Origin: Cyanophyceae cyanobacterium
GTDB taxonomy: Bacteria; Cyanobacteriota; Cyanobacteriia; Cyanobacteriales; Laspinemataceae
Length of the DNA: 64,000 nt
Direction: 5' to 3'
Assembly: GCA_038321985.1 (NCBI GenBank)
Contig: JBBQFN010000020.1
Span: forward strand, 30,819-94,818
Shown here piece after piece: positions 12,401 to 22,980 of this stretch (positions within the stretch are counted from its first letter, which is position 1; every line of letters starts with the position of its first letter). The notes below the pieces were generated by a model, which was given only the letters and a program-made list of their open reading frames with translations, was not told the origin of the DNA and did no database searches. The translations under genes were made by a program, and so were the position numbers.

Positions 12401-12540
12401 ATAAAGATGAAGCAGACTCCCATCAAAAGAGGGAAGATGCTGCTATTTACAGAAGTTTGGAGTAACGACTAAAGTCGTTTTATCTCCCTCCCTTGAACTG
12501 CTATTTTTACCCAATCCTCTCTATCAGAAGTATCAAAACT

Positions 12541-14046
12541 ATGAGTGGCGAAAAACGACGGTACATTACAATCGACGAAGCTCAACTTCGACAACTGCAA
12601 GAACAGGATAGCCGCTTGCGATCGGTACAGCAGGATTTGCCTGATCGCATCCAGGCGATTCGTGAACAAACCAGGCAAGAGTTAATGTCTCGTCTGACGC
12701 CACTGGAACAACGGGCGTCGCGGCAAGAACAACTTGCCCAGGGTCTCACCAGTGCGATCGCCGATTTAGAACGGGAGACTTCTCACCGCTTACAAGTCCA
12801 GCAGCAGGGGTTTCAAATAGCCGTGAAACAGGCTGAGGACCGACAAGGCGTGGCGCTTACCCGGGAGATGTTTCGCCTCCAAACGGCGCTGCGATCGTCT
12901 TTCGATCAGGCGCGGCAGGAATATCTCCAAATTACCTCAGAACAACGCCATGAATACATTCGGCTGATTGACGAGCACGATCGCCAGTTTCAAGCCCAAC
13001 TTGCCGAAGAACGTCAAGCCCGGGAACGGGGAGAACAACTAATTATACAAAAATTAGAGACGCTTGTCCAGGATATCCAGGCGAATAAACAGCAGCAAAG
13101 CCAGCTTGCACAAAGTTTACTAACTGATGTAGAGCAGATTTGGACCCAAGTCGAACAGGAGTATCCGCATCAGCGATTTGCGCCGGGACGGTTGCAGGAG
13201 TTGCGGCGCGGATTGGAATTAGCAAAAGCTAATCTTGCTGCCGGGGTCTCTCAAGCGGCAGTCGCCACCACTCAACAAAGCTATTTAGAGTTAGTAAATT
13301 TACGCCTCGAACTTCAACAAAAAGAACAAGAATGGCTGTTACTTTATGAAGCCACTACCCAAGATTTGCGTAGTTTAATTGCCGAAGTTCAAGCCAACCG
13401 CGAGTGCGAGTTAGTCGTGGGGGAAGGGTCTGAAGCGGATGGGTTTAAATTTGAAGTCGATTATTGGACGGAGGGTGGCTTAACCCAGTATCAAGAAGAA
13501 CTTAAGGGGATTGAGTTTGAATTGCAGGGTGGGGAAACAACTTGGACGAGCGATCGCCTCAAGGCACTAGGCGATCGGCTTCAAAGCTATCAACCGCGCC
13601 TGGGGGAAATGGTCGAAGCTGCCAAACGAGCTATTTTAAGTTCTCAATTGCGGGTAGAAATTGCCGATCGCATTGTAGAAACCCTATCCTCATTCGGCTA
13701 TACTTTAATCAATTTGGACCAAGATGCTCTTTATGAAAAAAACGACCCTAGACAATCTTATTTAGTTAAAGTTCGTAATATTGCCGGGGATGAAGTCGTA
13801 ACCGTGATTAGTCCCCAAAAAAATTTTGGGACTAACCTAATTTCGATTAATACTTTCAGTCCGACCCTAATTGACGAAACCGCTACTCAGGAGAATGCTA
13901 AAGCGATTTTTAAACAATTGGAAACCCAAGGGATTCAAGCCACGGGAGACTTAGAATGTTACCAACAACCCCAACAAGGCTATCGGAATTTGCAGCAGGT
14001 TCAGGGCAAAGAAATACCCCAACCGCAACCGAAGCCGGAAGCATAA
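12541..14046 (+). CDS. Long coiled-coil protein with a C-terminal alpha/beta domain, function unknown
   Basis: Q/E/R/L-rich heptads over about 370 aa, then a beta-rich tail; ATG at 12541 (MSGEKRRYITI). Confidence 0.85.
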   Translation: MSGEKRRYITIDEAQLRQLQEQDSRLRSVQQDLPDRIQAIREQTRQELMSRLTPLEQRASRQEQLAQGLTSAIADLERETSHRLQVQQQGFQIAVKQAEDRQGVALTREMFRLQTALRSSFDQARQEYLQITSEQRHEYIRLIDEHDRQFQAQLAEERQARERGEQLIIQKLETLVQDIQANKQQQSQLAQSLLTDVEQIWTQVEQEYPHQRFAPGRLQELRRGLELAKANLAAGVSQAAVATTQQSYLELVNLRLELQQKEQEWLLLYEATTQDLRSLIAEVQANRECELVVGEGSEADGFKFEVDYWTEGGLTQYQEELKGIEFELQGGETTWTSDRLKALGDRLQSYQPRLGEMVEAAKRAILSSQLRVEIADRIVETLSSFGYTLINLDQDALYEKNDPRQSYLVKVRNIAGDEVVTVISPQKNFGTNLISINTFSPTLIDETATQENAKAIFKQLETQGIQATGDLECYQQPQQGYRNLQQVQGKEIPQPQPKPEA

Positions 14047-14293
14047 GCCGGTTTCGTTAATATTCCTCCCGTAACGCTTTGGCTTCCACCCCTTGTATCT
14101 CCTGAGTGCAGGTAAAGCCAGGGCAACAGCAGGCGGTTTGCTCATCGGATACTAGAAATAGCCAAGGCAGAAAAAGACACTCAGGGGCACCCCCTAGGCT
14201 AAAGGTAGCGGAAACCATTAGCATAAAAATAGATGCCGATGCGGGTGAGCGAATTTCTGGCGGATAGAAAGCATGGATACGGTGAGATTGGGT

Positions 14294-16105
14294 GTGTCTA
14301 AATGTCCGGTGTGTGAAACTGAATATGTGCAAGGGGAACAGACGTCATGCCCCACTTGTGGCTGGGATCTCAAGTCTGTTCCCCCATTAATTCCCGGGGA
14401 GTTGCCCGAAAGGAATTGTCCCGAGGAGGGGACCCGACTATTTTGGGCGCGAAACATCTGGGCGCTTGTTCAGGAACGGGACTCAGCGGTTAAACAGTTA
14501 GAGTGGAAATTAGCCGACATTGAAGGGCAATTAGCTAAAGTTTGGGAACGCTTGGATCGGGCAGGAAGAGAACGAATTCATGCTCAGCAGAAGGTAGATA
14601 AATTGTCACTTGAAACCGATGGATTCCGTAAACAGCGCGAGTTTCTAGAAGAGAAGATCGATCAAGAGCGACATGAGCGCCAAGCCCGAGAACAACACTT
14701 AGAAACTCAAATCACTGAGGTGTTATCTCAGTTACAGCAAGACAAGGGCGATCGCGGGCAATTTATCAATCCACTCCATCCCCTTCAAGCTAATCATAAT
14801 TCTATGATAGAACCCAACGACTTAAAAGAACTATTGGCAAATCTTCATCATGAAATCGCTCGATTAAATATTCCTGGTTCTGATGAAATTCCTCCAGAGA
14901 TTAATGAATTAAAACAGAAATTAAGTGCATCTGAATCCGAACGCTCCCAGTTATTGAAACAGCTAGCTCAAGAGCAGAAAAAAACAGAAAACTTACAAGA
15001 AAAGATGGAGAATTTAACTCTGGAAATTGAACTTAGAAATCGCAATGCACTTGCCGCAGAGTTCGAGGCAGAAATGGTTAATTTATTGATTTCATCCCTT
15101 GCTGATCCATCGGAAGCAGTCCAACGATGGGCTTATGCTTTGCTTAAACGCAGTCATTTGCCTAAAGCAAAAATGGCGATGGAAGACTATCAACCCTATC
15201 GGTTTTTTCGCTGTTTACAAGTCCTAGAACATCAAAAAGCTGTGCGGACTTTAGCCATTGATCCAAAGGGAGATTTTTTAGTGAGTGGGAGTAATGATAA
15301 AACGGTCAAGATTTGGGAAATTAATACAGGAAACCTGATTAAAACTGGAATGGGTCATACGGGTTCTGCGATCGCCCTGGCAATTTCCCCGAATGGGGAA
15401 CTCTTCGCCAGCGGCAGCGGAGACAATACTATTAAACTGTGGGAACTTAAAACCGGAAAACTCTGTTTTACCCTCCGGGGACATACGGGATGGGTGAATG
15501 CCTTAGCGTTTCATCCTAAAGGAAATATGCTCGTTAGTGGGGGTGCGGATAAAACAATTGCCTTATGGAATTTGGATACCCAAGAATTAATTGGGACCTT
15601 TTATGGACATACCAGTACCGTGCGATCGCTCTCCATTAGTCCCCAAGGAAATACGCTGATTAGTGGGGGAAATGATAATATGATTAAAATTAGAAATTTG
15701 CTCACGGGTGAATTACTTCACACCCTCACTGAACATACCGGATCAGTCTGTTCTGTTGCCATTAGTCCCGATGGTAATATCCTAGCCAGTGGCAGTAATG
15801 ATACAACCCTGCGCCTCTGGAATGTCGGGACAGGTAAACTTTTGTACACCCTTGCCGATCATTCCAGCGGCGTGACTTCTGTTTCTATTTCCCAGAATAA
15901 TATGATAGCAAGCAGTTCCGATGATGGGACAATTAAAATTTGGAATTTAGAGCAAGCCAGACCCATTCATACCATTTCTCCCCTAAAAACGACTCACGGC
16001 AACGAAGGATATATGCTATGCAGTGCTATCGGTCCCACGGGTGATAAAATTGTGACTGGATTTGATGGGGGTAAAATTAAAATTTGGGGAACGGGTGACC
16101 ATTAA
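14294..16105 (+). CDS. Zn-ribbon + coiled-coil + WD40 repeat protein
   Basis: CPVC..CPTCGWDL at the N-terminus, coiled coil, HEAT-like LADPSEAVQ segment, about 7 GH..WD repeats; GTG start inferred from the paralog (alternative ATG at 14273). Confidence 0.9.
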   Translation: MSKCPVCETEYVQGEQTSCPTCGWDLKSVPPLIPGELPERNCPEEGTRLFWARNIWALVQERDSAVKQLEWKLADIEGQLAKVWERLDRAGRERIHAQQKVDKLSLETDGFRKQREFLEEKIDQERHERQAREQHLETQITEVLSQLQQDKGDRGQFINPLHPLQANHNSMIEPNDLKELLANLHHEIARLNIPGSDEIPPEINELKQKLSASESERSQLLKQLAQEQKKTENLQEKMENLTLEIELRNRNALAAEFEAEMVNLLISSLADPSEAVQRWAYALLKRSHLPKAKMAMEDYQPYRFFRCLQVLEHQKAVRTLAIDPKGDFLVSGSNDKTVKIWEINTGNLIKTGMGHTGSAIALAISPNGELFASGSGDNTIKLWELKTGKLCFTLRGHTGWVNALAFHPKGNMLVSGGADKTIALWNLDTQELIGTFYGHTSTVRSLSISPQGNTLISGGNDNMIKIRNLLTGELLHTLTEHTGSVCSVAISPDGNILASGSNDTTLRLWNVGTGKLLYTLADHSSGVTSVSISQNNMIASSSDDGTIKIWNLEQARPIHTISPLKTTHGNEGYMLCSAIGPTGDKIVTGFDGGKIKIWGTGDH

Positions 16106-16164
16106 TCCCCTTTCCCTCCCGGTTTGATTCTAACTAAAATTACTCCTGAGTCTATCTAATCCTC

Positions 16165-17412
16165 ATGTCTAAATGTCCGGTTTGTAAAGCTGAATTTACC
16201 AAAGGAGAACGCGCTCACTGCTCAATTTGTGGGTGGGATTTAACTCCCTATCCTGCCTCAGTTTCCCCCAATATTCGGCCCATTATTTTATCAAAAGAAC
16301 GGGTAAAAATAGCCTGGGCTAAACAACTTTGGGAAACCCTGCGATCGCAGCAGGACGAACTCAGAAGCGCCAGCAATCTCATCCACCAACTCGAACAAGA
16401 AACCCAAACACTTCAGTCTCATCTCACCAAAGTTTCCTCTTCTTTTAATCCTCATCCCTCTCCTGAGTCGCCTAATTCTATCTCAACCCCCATCTCCCCC
16501 GTGGAAGTTTTAAAAACTTCAGGCATGGAATGTCAAGCCACCTTAACCGGCCATTTTCGCGCAGTCAGTGCAGTCGCCTTGGGTAGCGATGGTGAAATCC
16601 TTGTCAGTGGGAGTTGGGATAAAACAATCAAACTTTGGAACCTCAGAACCGGGGAAGAACTTCTCACCCTAACCGGCCATTCTTACCCGGTAAATTCAGT
16701 TGCTATCAGTCAAAATGGCTGGACATTAGCCAGTGGCAGTAATGATAAAACGGTTAAAATTTGGAAAGCCCAAACTGGACAAATTTTATTTACTAAAACT
16801 GGACATAAACAATGGGTGAATGCCATCACATTCAGTCCGGATGGCACCCTTCTTGCTAGTGGCAGTCTTGACCAAACTATTCGCCTCTGGAATGGCATCA
16901 CTGGACAAGAATTGCCAACCCTAACGGGACATTTAGCCGCTGTAACTTCTCTGGCAATTAGCGGCAATAATTTAATGTTAGCCAGCGGCAGTTTAGATAA
17001 AACTATTAAACTTTGGAATATCGAAACCTCCGAAGAACTTCCCCCTTTATTTGGACATTTTGATGGGGTCACTTCAGTAGCCATATTCCCGGATAATTTA
17101 ACCTTAGCCAGTGGGAGTTTAGATAAAACGATTAAACTCTGGGACATCAAAACATCAACAGAAATTGGCTCTTTAATTGGACATAGCGATCGCATCAATG
17201 CGATCGCCATTAGTCCCGCTGGAAAGATGCTCGCTTCTGCCAGTTCAGACCACACCATTAAACTCTGGGACCTCAGAAGCGCGGCGGAAACTCAAACCTT
17301 AACGGGACATTCCGATAGTGTTAATGCTGTAGCAATAAGTGCCGACGGAAAAACCCTAATCAGTGGCAGTAGCGATAAAACAATTAAAATCTGGCAAATG
17401 CCAGATTCCTAA
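16165..17412 (+). CDS. Zn-ribbon + WD40 repeat protein
   Basis: MSKCPVC..CSICGWDL, short coiled coil, P/S linker, 7 WD40 repeats. Confidence 0.92.
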   Translation: MSKCPVCKAEFTKGERAHCSICGWDLTPYPASVSPNIRPIILSKERVKIAWAKQLWETLRSQQDELRSASNLIHQLEQETQTLQSHLTKVSSSFNPHPSPESPNSISTPISPVEVLKTSGMECQATLTGHFRAVSAVALGSDGEILVSGSWDKTIKLWNLRTGEELLTLTGHSYPVNSVAISQNGWTLASGSNDKTVKIWKAQTGQILFTKTGHKQWVNAITFSPDGTLLASGSLDQTIRLWNGITGQELPTLTGHLAAVTSLAISGNNLMLASGSLDKTIKLWNIETSEELPPLFGHFDGVTSVAIFPDNLTLASGSLDKTIKLWDIKTSTEIGSLIGHSDRINAIAISPAGKMLASASSDHTIKLWDLRSAAETQTLTGHSDSVNAVAISADGKTLISGSSDKTIKIWQMPDS

Positions 17413-17427
17413 CCCCCAATTATATCC

Positions 17428-19953
17428 ATGACCCTAGAACGAGTTACTTCTGAACTCAATTTAAGAACCGGCGATCGCTTCTTAATTTTATACGGCACTC
17501 ATACCAGCGATACTTTTTGTACTCCGGACCTGCTGCTGCAAGATATCGAACAAGTTTTGCACCGATATCTCCACTCCCAATTCTATCAGCGGATTTTATT
17601 TTATTCTGGGGTTAAAAAGCTCTATTTTCTAGAGGCTGAATCCCGCGATCGCACCCGGTTACAGCCTCAGAAACCCGCGATAGTCCCATCGAATCAACCA
17701 ATGCAGCTTAAAGGCGGTCCTCTGGGTAATAAACGTCGTCTGTTAGGGAAACCCTCTGACGCACCTGTACCATCCCCCATTGCTTCTCGCCTCCAAGATA
17801 CCCAAATTTTGCCTTATTTTGAAACCGCGATGCAAGACACTACCCACAACTCGGCAATCGTGTTTTCTCAGGGGGAAGATTTGGCAAACTTTGAAAACCG
17901 CCGGGAACTGTTCGGACGAATGGTGGAATGGTCTCGTTTACCTCCGACAAATCGCAATTTATGCATCCTGATTTTCCATCATGAAACCCTGACCGCCTTA
18001 CAAAATTTTTGCCAAGAAATTGGCTTGACTTTTTTAGCTAATTATGCTATAAATAGAAATCAATTTGGGGGCCAAAGTGTAAATATTGTACGCTTACCTG
18101 CACCTCCTGCCTCAGAAATTCAATCACTCCGGGATTACGTTCGACTCAAGTATAGGAAAGCCATTAATTGGGGGAATAGTGAACAATTATGCCGGTGGAT
18201 TGCGGCGGAAAATCGCCCTTTAAATTATTGGTACGATCGCTTTAGGGAAGCTAGAGAAATTTCCCTAAACGAAGCGCGATCGCAACAGTGGTTATCTGGA
18301 GATGTGAGCGATCGCCCTGCTTGGGAACGGTTGCAAGCAATGGTAGGATTACAGGAGGTTAAAGCAGCGATCGCCCGTCAAATGCGATCGCTACAAGTGC
18401 AACAAGAACGAGTGCAACAGGGACAGATTTTAGAACCTCCTCGCCTGCATTTAGTCTTTAAAGGCAATCCAGGCACCGGCAAAACCACGATCGCCCGACT
18501 GATTGGAGAAATTTATCGAGATCTGGGATTACTACGTCGGGGTCACGTTGTAGAAATTGGGGGACGGGATTTAGTGGCAGGATATGTGGGACAAACTCAC
18601 CTCCGCACTCATGAGATAGTCGATCGCGCCTTGGATGGGATATTATTCATCGATGAAGCGTATGCTTTAGCACAAGGGGGAGACAGTGATTTTGGCAGCG
18701 AGGCACTTGAAACCCTTCTCAAACGCATGGAAGACGATCGCAGTCGCCTCGCGGTGATTCTTGCCGGATATCCGGATAACTTGGATCGCCTGATCGAGTC
18801 GAATCCCGGTTTACGGCGACGCTTTCCCACCGAAATTATCTTTGAAGATTATATACCTCCGGAGTTACTAGAGATAGTCAGACAAGGGGTAAAACGATTA
18901 TGCTGTAGTTTGTCGCCGGAGTTAGAAGAGACTCTAACTCACTTATTGACCCAGGTTTATACTGATCGCGATCGCAGCTTTGGTAATGCTGGATTTGTGG
19001 AAAATTTGTTAACTCAAATGGACGAAATGCGATCGCAACGGGTGATTACCCAGAATTTGGACCGATTACAAGAACCGTACCAAGTTGAGGATTTGCCCCC
19101 TACTTATCGCCACCTTGCCTCTCAGGGTCAAAAAGATAGGGATACTCTGGCTGAATTATTACAAGAATTAGACCAGTTTGTAGGATTGCAATCCGTGAAA
19201 GAGGCGATTCAGGAACTGGTGGAAAGTGAACTTGCCGATCGCCGCTTGCAAGCTGCCGGATTAGGTAGCAATTGTGAAATTCAGACGCATCATCTGGTAT
19301 TTACGGGTAATCCAGGCACCGGCAAAACCACTATTGCCCGGTTACTAGGCCGAATTTTTAAGGCATTAGGACTATTAAGAAAAGGGCAGTTTGTAGAAGT
19401 AACACGACTGGATTTAGTCGCCGGTTATGTGGGACAAACTGCCCAAAAAACCCAGGAGGCGATCAACTCTGCCTTAGATGGAATCTTGTTTATTGATGAA
19501 GCGTACACCTTATCTCGGCAGGAATTCGGACATGATTTTGGAACTGAGGCAATCGATACTTTAGTACCCATCATGGAAAACGAACGTAGTCGCCTCGTTG
19601 TCATTTTCGCCGGATATTCCCAAGAAATGACCCAATTTTTGCGACTTAATCCAGGATTAAGCTCACGGATCGCTTATCATATTAATTTCCCTGACTATAA
19701 TGGAGAAGAACTCTATGAGATTTTTCAGGGAATGTGTCACCAAGGACAACGAATTTGTCCCCCTCTGGTAGGCGATCGCCTCAGAGAAAAATTTAAACTC
19801 CTGTATGAAACTCGCCGCCCTAATTTTGGAAATGGTCGCGATATTCGCAATTTTTATGAGAAAATGGTTAAACGACAAAAAAGCCGGATGTTACGAGACA
19901 ATTTAACCGGGGAAGCTATGATTACCTTTGCGATCGCAGATATTCCCGACTAA
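17428..19953 (+). CDS. Tandem AAA+ ATPase, SpoVK/CbxX/EccA-like
   Basis: Two copies of HLVFxGNPGTGKTTIAR, LVAGYVGQT, LFIDEAY and NPGL..R. Confidence 0.93.
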   Translation: MTLERVTSELNLRTGDRFLILYGTHTSDTFCTPDLLLQDIEQVLHRYLHSQFYQRILFYSGVKKLYFLEAESRDRTRLQPQKPAIVPSNQPMQLKGGPLGNKRRLLGKPSDAPVPSPIASRLQDTQILPYFETAMQDTTHNSAIVFSQGEDLANFENRRELFGRMVEWSRLPPTNRNLCILIFHHETLTALQNFCQEIGLTFLANYAINRNQFGGQSVNIVRLPAPPASEIQSLRDYVRLKYRKAINWGNSEQLCRWIAAENRPLNYWYDRFREAREISLNEARSQQWLSGDVSDRPAWERLQAMVGLQEVKAAIARQMRSLQVQQERVQQGQILEPPRLHLVFKGNPGTGKTTIARLIGEIYRDLGLLRRGHVVEIGGRDLVAGYVGQTHLRTHEIVDRALDGILFIDEAYALAQGGDSDFGSEALETLLKRMEDDRSRLAVILAGYPDNLDRLIESNPGLRRRFPTEIIFEDYIPPELLEIVRQGVKRLCCSLSPELEETLTHLLTQVYTDRDRSFGNAGFVENLLTQMDEMRSQRVITQNLDRLQEPYQVEDLPPTYRHLASQGQKDRDTLAELLQELDQFVGLQSVKEAIQELVESELADRRLQAAGLGSNCEIQTHHLVFTGNPGTGKTTIARLLGRIFKALGLLRKGQFVEVTRLDLVAGYVGQTAQKTQEAINSALDGILFIDEAYTLSRQEFGHDFGTEAIDTLVPIMENERSRLVVIFAGYSQEMTQFLRLNPGLSSRIAYHINFPDYNGEELYEIFQGMCHQGQRICPPLVGDRLREKFKLLYETRRPNFGNGRDIRNFYEKMVKRQKSRMLRDNLTGEAMITFAIADIPD

Positions 19954-20064
19954 ATCAGGCAACGCCCCCCAATGACTAAATGTCACGGCTTTAGAATTCA
20001 CCTCAAACCTGCTATTTTCACAGCAATATTTAAGAGAATTTACGGTTTTTAAATTAAGTGGAAA

Positions 20065-21870
20065 TCAGGATTTTTTCAACTTAAACTCATCAAATTTAAC
20101 AACCGGCACACTGGGGTTTCGTGCATCAAAACGGTAACTACTGACCATCCCTGTACTTGTCTCGAAAATACTAAAAACGGAGATATCATTACTCGCAATA
20201 TAGGGTAACGGTTGGTCATTGTCATCCAAGAGGGGAGAAAGGGTGGGAATCATCGGGTCCAATCCATTTGGATCCCCCGTAGCAGCATAGGTTTCTTGAT
20301 AATTTTCCGGCACTTCTGGGCGATTATTTTTCTCGTACGCCCCGTAACTATTCCCCACATTAGAGGATTCCAAAAAGTGGATTCCACTAGGACTGACAAA
20401 GCGGTTCCACAGGTGAGAATGTCCGTAATAGACTAACTGGACTCCTGCTGATTCCAATAACGGTACGACATCCCTAATAATATAATCTTGGTCTTGGGGA
20501 TATTCATAGCGTACTGTGATCCGCCCCATTCCATCGGATTCTAACCGTTGCACTGGGTTCGTATAAGGCGGAACCACGTGTTCCCCCAGGGAATGGGCGG
20601 GATGATGAAACATGACAATTTTATATTTAGCTTTTGTAAATTCTGAACTGGCTAACTCTTGTTCCAGCCATTGATATTGTGGACTTCCCTGGGCAATGGG
20701 TTCAAAAATATGTTGTCCGTATCCCCATTGTTCCGGTTGAATTAAATCATCCGCCCGTTCTCGATATTTGCCTTTGGTTTTGGGGTCGAGACTGGGAGAA
20801 CGCCAGGTGTTCGTAATATATAAAACAACTAATCGCACATCTCCAAAGGTGACGGCATAATAATTTTTGCCCTCAGCATTGGGAAGATTGAAGATTTCAT
20901 TAAAGGTTGTGGTATTAAAGGAATTGTCAATTAACCAGCGATCGCGCAATACCGGAGACTCTTCGGGATTGATTTCCGCAACCTTTTCCTCGTAAAAGCG
21001 ACGGGCTATCTCCTGGGGAAAGGCATCGAGAAACTGGTCCTCTAAGCCTTTTTCTGGAGAAAAACGGCCCATCACTTCATGATTACCGACGGTGGGAAAC
21101 AGCGGCGCGTGTTGAATAATTTGACCCCCGGTATAAACGTGATCTCCTGACTCGGATTTAAAGTTATACTGAGCGCGACCTTGCAGGACTGGAAAGAAGG
21201 CATTTCCCCGATTGTCATCAAACCATTCAGAAGCGCGATCGGCAACATTGATTAAATCACCGGCATGAAACACCGCATCAACTCGCCCGACTGTTTGGAC
21301 GACTTTCTGTAAATTAGCCGCAGTCATCGGCTTTAACTGATAATCAGAAGTGAGCAAAATTTTCAAATTGCTACCGGGTTCGGGGTTGGCTGCCAGGGTG
21401 AAGCGATCGCCCTTGATTTCTACCTGATCCTCCCGCATACTGGTCACATGATAAGGGACCCGCACCCCTGGGGTTAGTCCCGTAATCTCCGCTTCATGCC
21501 GCCAAATATCTCGGGCTGTGGGTTTCGGATACACCGTTCCGTCTTCGGTTTGACTCCCGAAATGCGATCGCTGGTCCTCCTGTGTCCGACTCAGTTTCGT
21601 CGTAGTCGCCCCCACAACGTTCTCCCCATTTTCCCCGTATTCGACCCGATGCTCAATCCCAGCAAACTCCGTAAACCACACAACCCGAACAGAATTGGAC
21701 GTGGGAACTTGCAGAAACGGATCCGTTAAAAGTTGGGGAGAAGATACCATCATACTCAACCCAGGTGACAGAAAGATCAGACAGAGGGAACAGAAAAACA
21801 GCAGAAGCAATAACCACAATTTGCGAGAGGTTTTGATCGCCGATTGTAACGGTAGGGGAGTCGGTATCAT
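20065..21870 (-). CDS. Secreted or membrane-anchored metallophosphoesterase (purple acid phosphatase-like, FN3-like N-domain)
   Basis: Hydrophobic N-terminus; SD, HAGD, GNHE, FHHP and GHSH motifs. Confidence 0.85.
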   Translation of the reverse strand: MIPTPLPLQSAIKTSRKLWLLLLLFFCSLCLIFLSPGLSMMVSSPQLLTDPFLQVPTSNSVRVVWFTEFAGIEHRVEYGENGENVVGATTTKLSRTQEDQRSHFGSQTEDGTVYPKPTARDIWRHEAEITGLTPGVRVPYHVTSMREDQVEIKGDRFTLAANPEPGSNLKILLTSDYQLKPMTAANLQKVVQTVGRVDAVFHAGDLINVADRASEWFDDNRGNAFFPVLQGRAQYNFKSESGDHVYTGGQIIQHAPLFPTVGNHEVMGRFSPEKGLEDQFLDAFPQEIARRFYEEKVAEINPEESPVLRDRWLIDNSFNTTTFNEIFNLPNAEGKNYYAVTFGDVRLVVLYITNTWRSPSLDPKTKGKYRERADDLIQPEQWGYGQHIFEPIAQGSPQYQWLEQELASSEFTKAKYKIVMFHHPAHSLGEHVVPPYTNPVQRLESDGMGRITVRYEYPQDQDYIIRDVVPLLESAGVQLVYYGHSHLWNRFVSPSGIHFLESSNVGNSYGAYEKNNRPEVPENYQETYAATGDPNGLDPMIPTLSPLLDDNDQPLPYIASNDISVFSIFETSTGMVSSYRFDARNPSVPVVKFDEFKLKKS

Positions 21871-22131
21871 AGGGATTCACAGGGGGTACAAGAATCTTTA
21901 GTAGCCATAATAACAGGCAGTCTAACCCATCGACGTAAGGACAATCGAGGATAATTGTAAACGCGCGATCGCCTTGGTGGATTTTCTAAATCTGACTTGC
22001 AGCGGGTCTCTAACAGCCTAGAACTTTTATTTTTTCATTCAACTAGCAACCCATTTCTACCCAGTGGACTTTGACAAGCTGCGATCGCCACGAAACAATA
22101 AACCACTAGATACCATAACCCAGAGGAAAAC

Positions 22132-22878
22132 ATGAGTCAGTTTTTATTCATAACCGATTTAGATCATACTTATGTCGGTGATGATGCAGCCTTGGCTACC
22201 CTTCAGGATGCACTCACTCAGCATCGCCAAACTTATGGGACAAAAATTGTCTATTCCACCGGGCGATCGCCGGTACTGTACCAACAACTGCAACAGGAAA
22301 AGCAACTGATCCAACCCGATGCCTTAGTCACCTCCGTTGGCACCGAAATTTATACCGATGGTATCAAAAACTGCGATCAAGAATGGGCGGATCTTCTCTC
22401 TCCGGGATGGGACCGCGATCAGGTGATAGAGACTGCCAGTCATTTTTCCGACTTGGTGTCTCAACTGGAGTCTGAACAGCGCCCCTTCAAAGTCAGTTAC
22501 TTTATATCCGAGGTTGTCGCCCCTGACTTACTCCCCCGGTTAGACTTTGCCTTAGCGGAAGCTGGATTAGAGGTGCGCTTAATTTATAGTGGGGGCAAAG
22601 ACCTGGATATTTTACCCCTGAAGGGAAATAAAGGGTTAGCCATGCAGTTTCTCCGGAAGCGCTACGGGATGGAACCTACCCAAACCGTTGCCTGTGGGGA
22701 TTCCGGGAATGATATCACTCTGTTTGAAGTCGGGGAAGAACGGGGGATCATCGTCGGGAATGCACAACCCGAATTGCGTCAATGGTATGAAGAAAATCGC
22801 CAGGACAGCCTTTATTTTGCCAAGGCATCCTGTGCCGGTGGTATATTGGAAGGCTTAAAGCATTTTGGCTTCTTGTAA
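22132..22878 (+). CDS. spp: Sucrose-phosphate phosphatase (HAD IIB)
   Basis: TDLDHT, STGRS, EQRPFKVSY and GDSGND motifs. Confidence 0.9.
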   Translation: MSQFLFITDLDHTYVGDDAALATLQDALTQHRQTYGTKIVYSTGRSPVLYQQLQQEKQLIQPDALVTSVGTEIYTDGIKNCDQEWADLLSPGWDRDQVIETASHFSDLVSQLESEQRPFKVSYFISEVVAPDLLPRLDFALAEAGLEVRLIYSGGKDLDILPLKGNKGLAMQFLRKRYGMEPTQTVACGDSGNDITLFEVGEERGIIVGNAQPELRQWYEENRQDSLYFAKASCAGGILEGLKHFGFL

Positions 22879-22980
22879 AGTCAACCATTGAGGGAGGAGG
22901 GGCGATCGCCGCGAACCCCTCCACCCTCAACAAGGGCCCTGGAATCAGACTGCAACCGAATCAGAAGGATACCTAATTGC

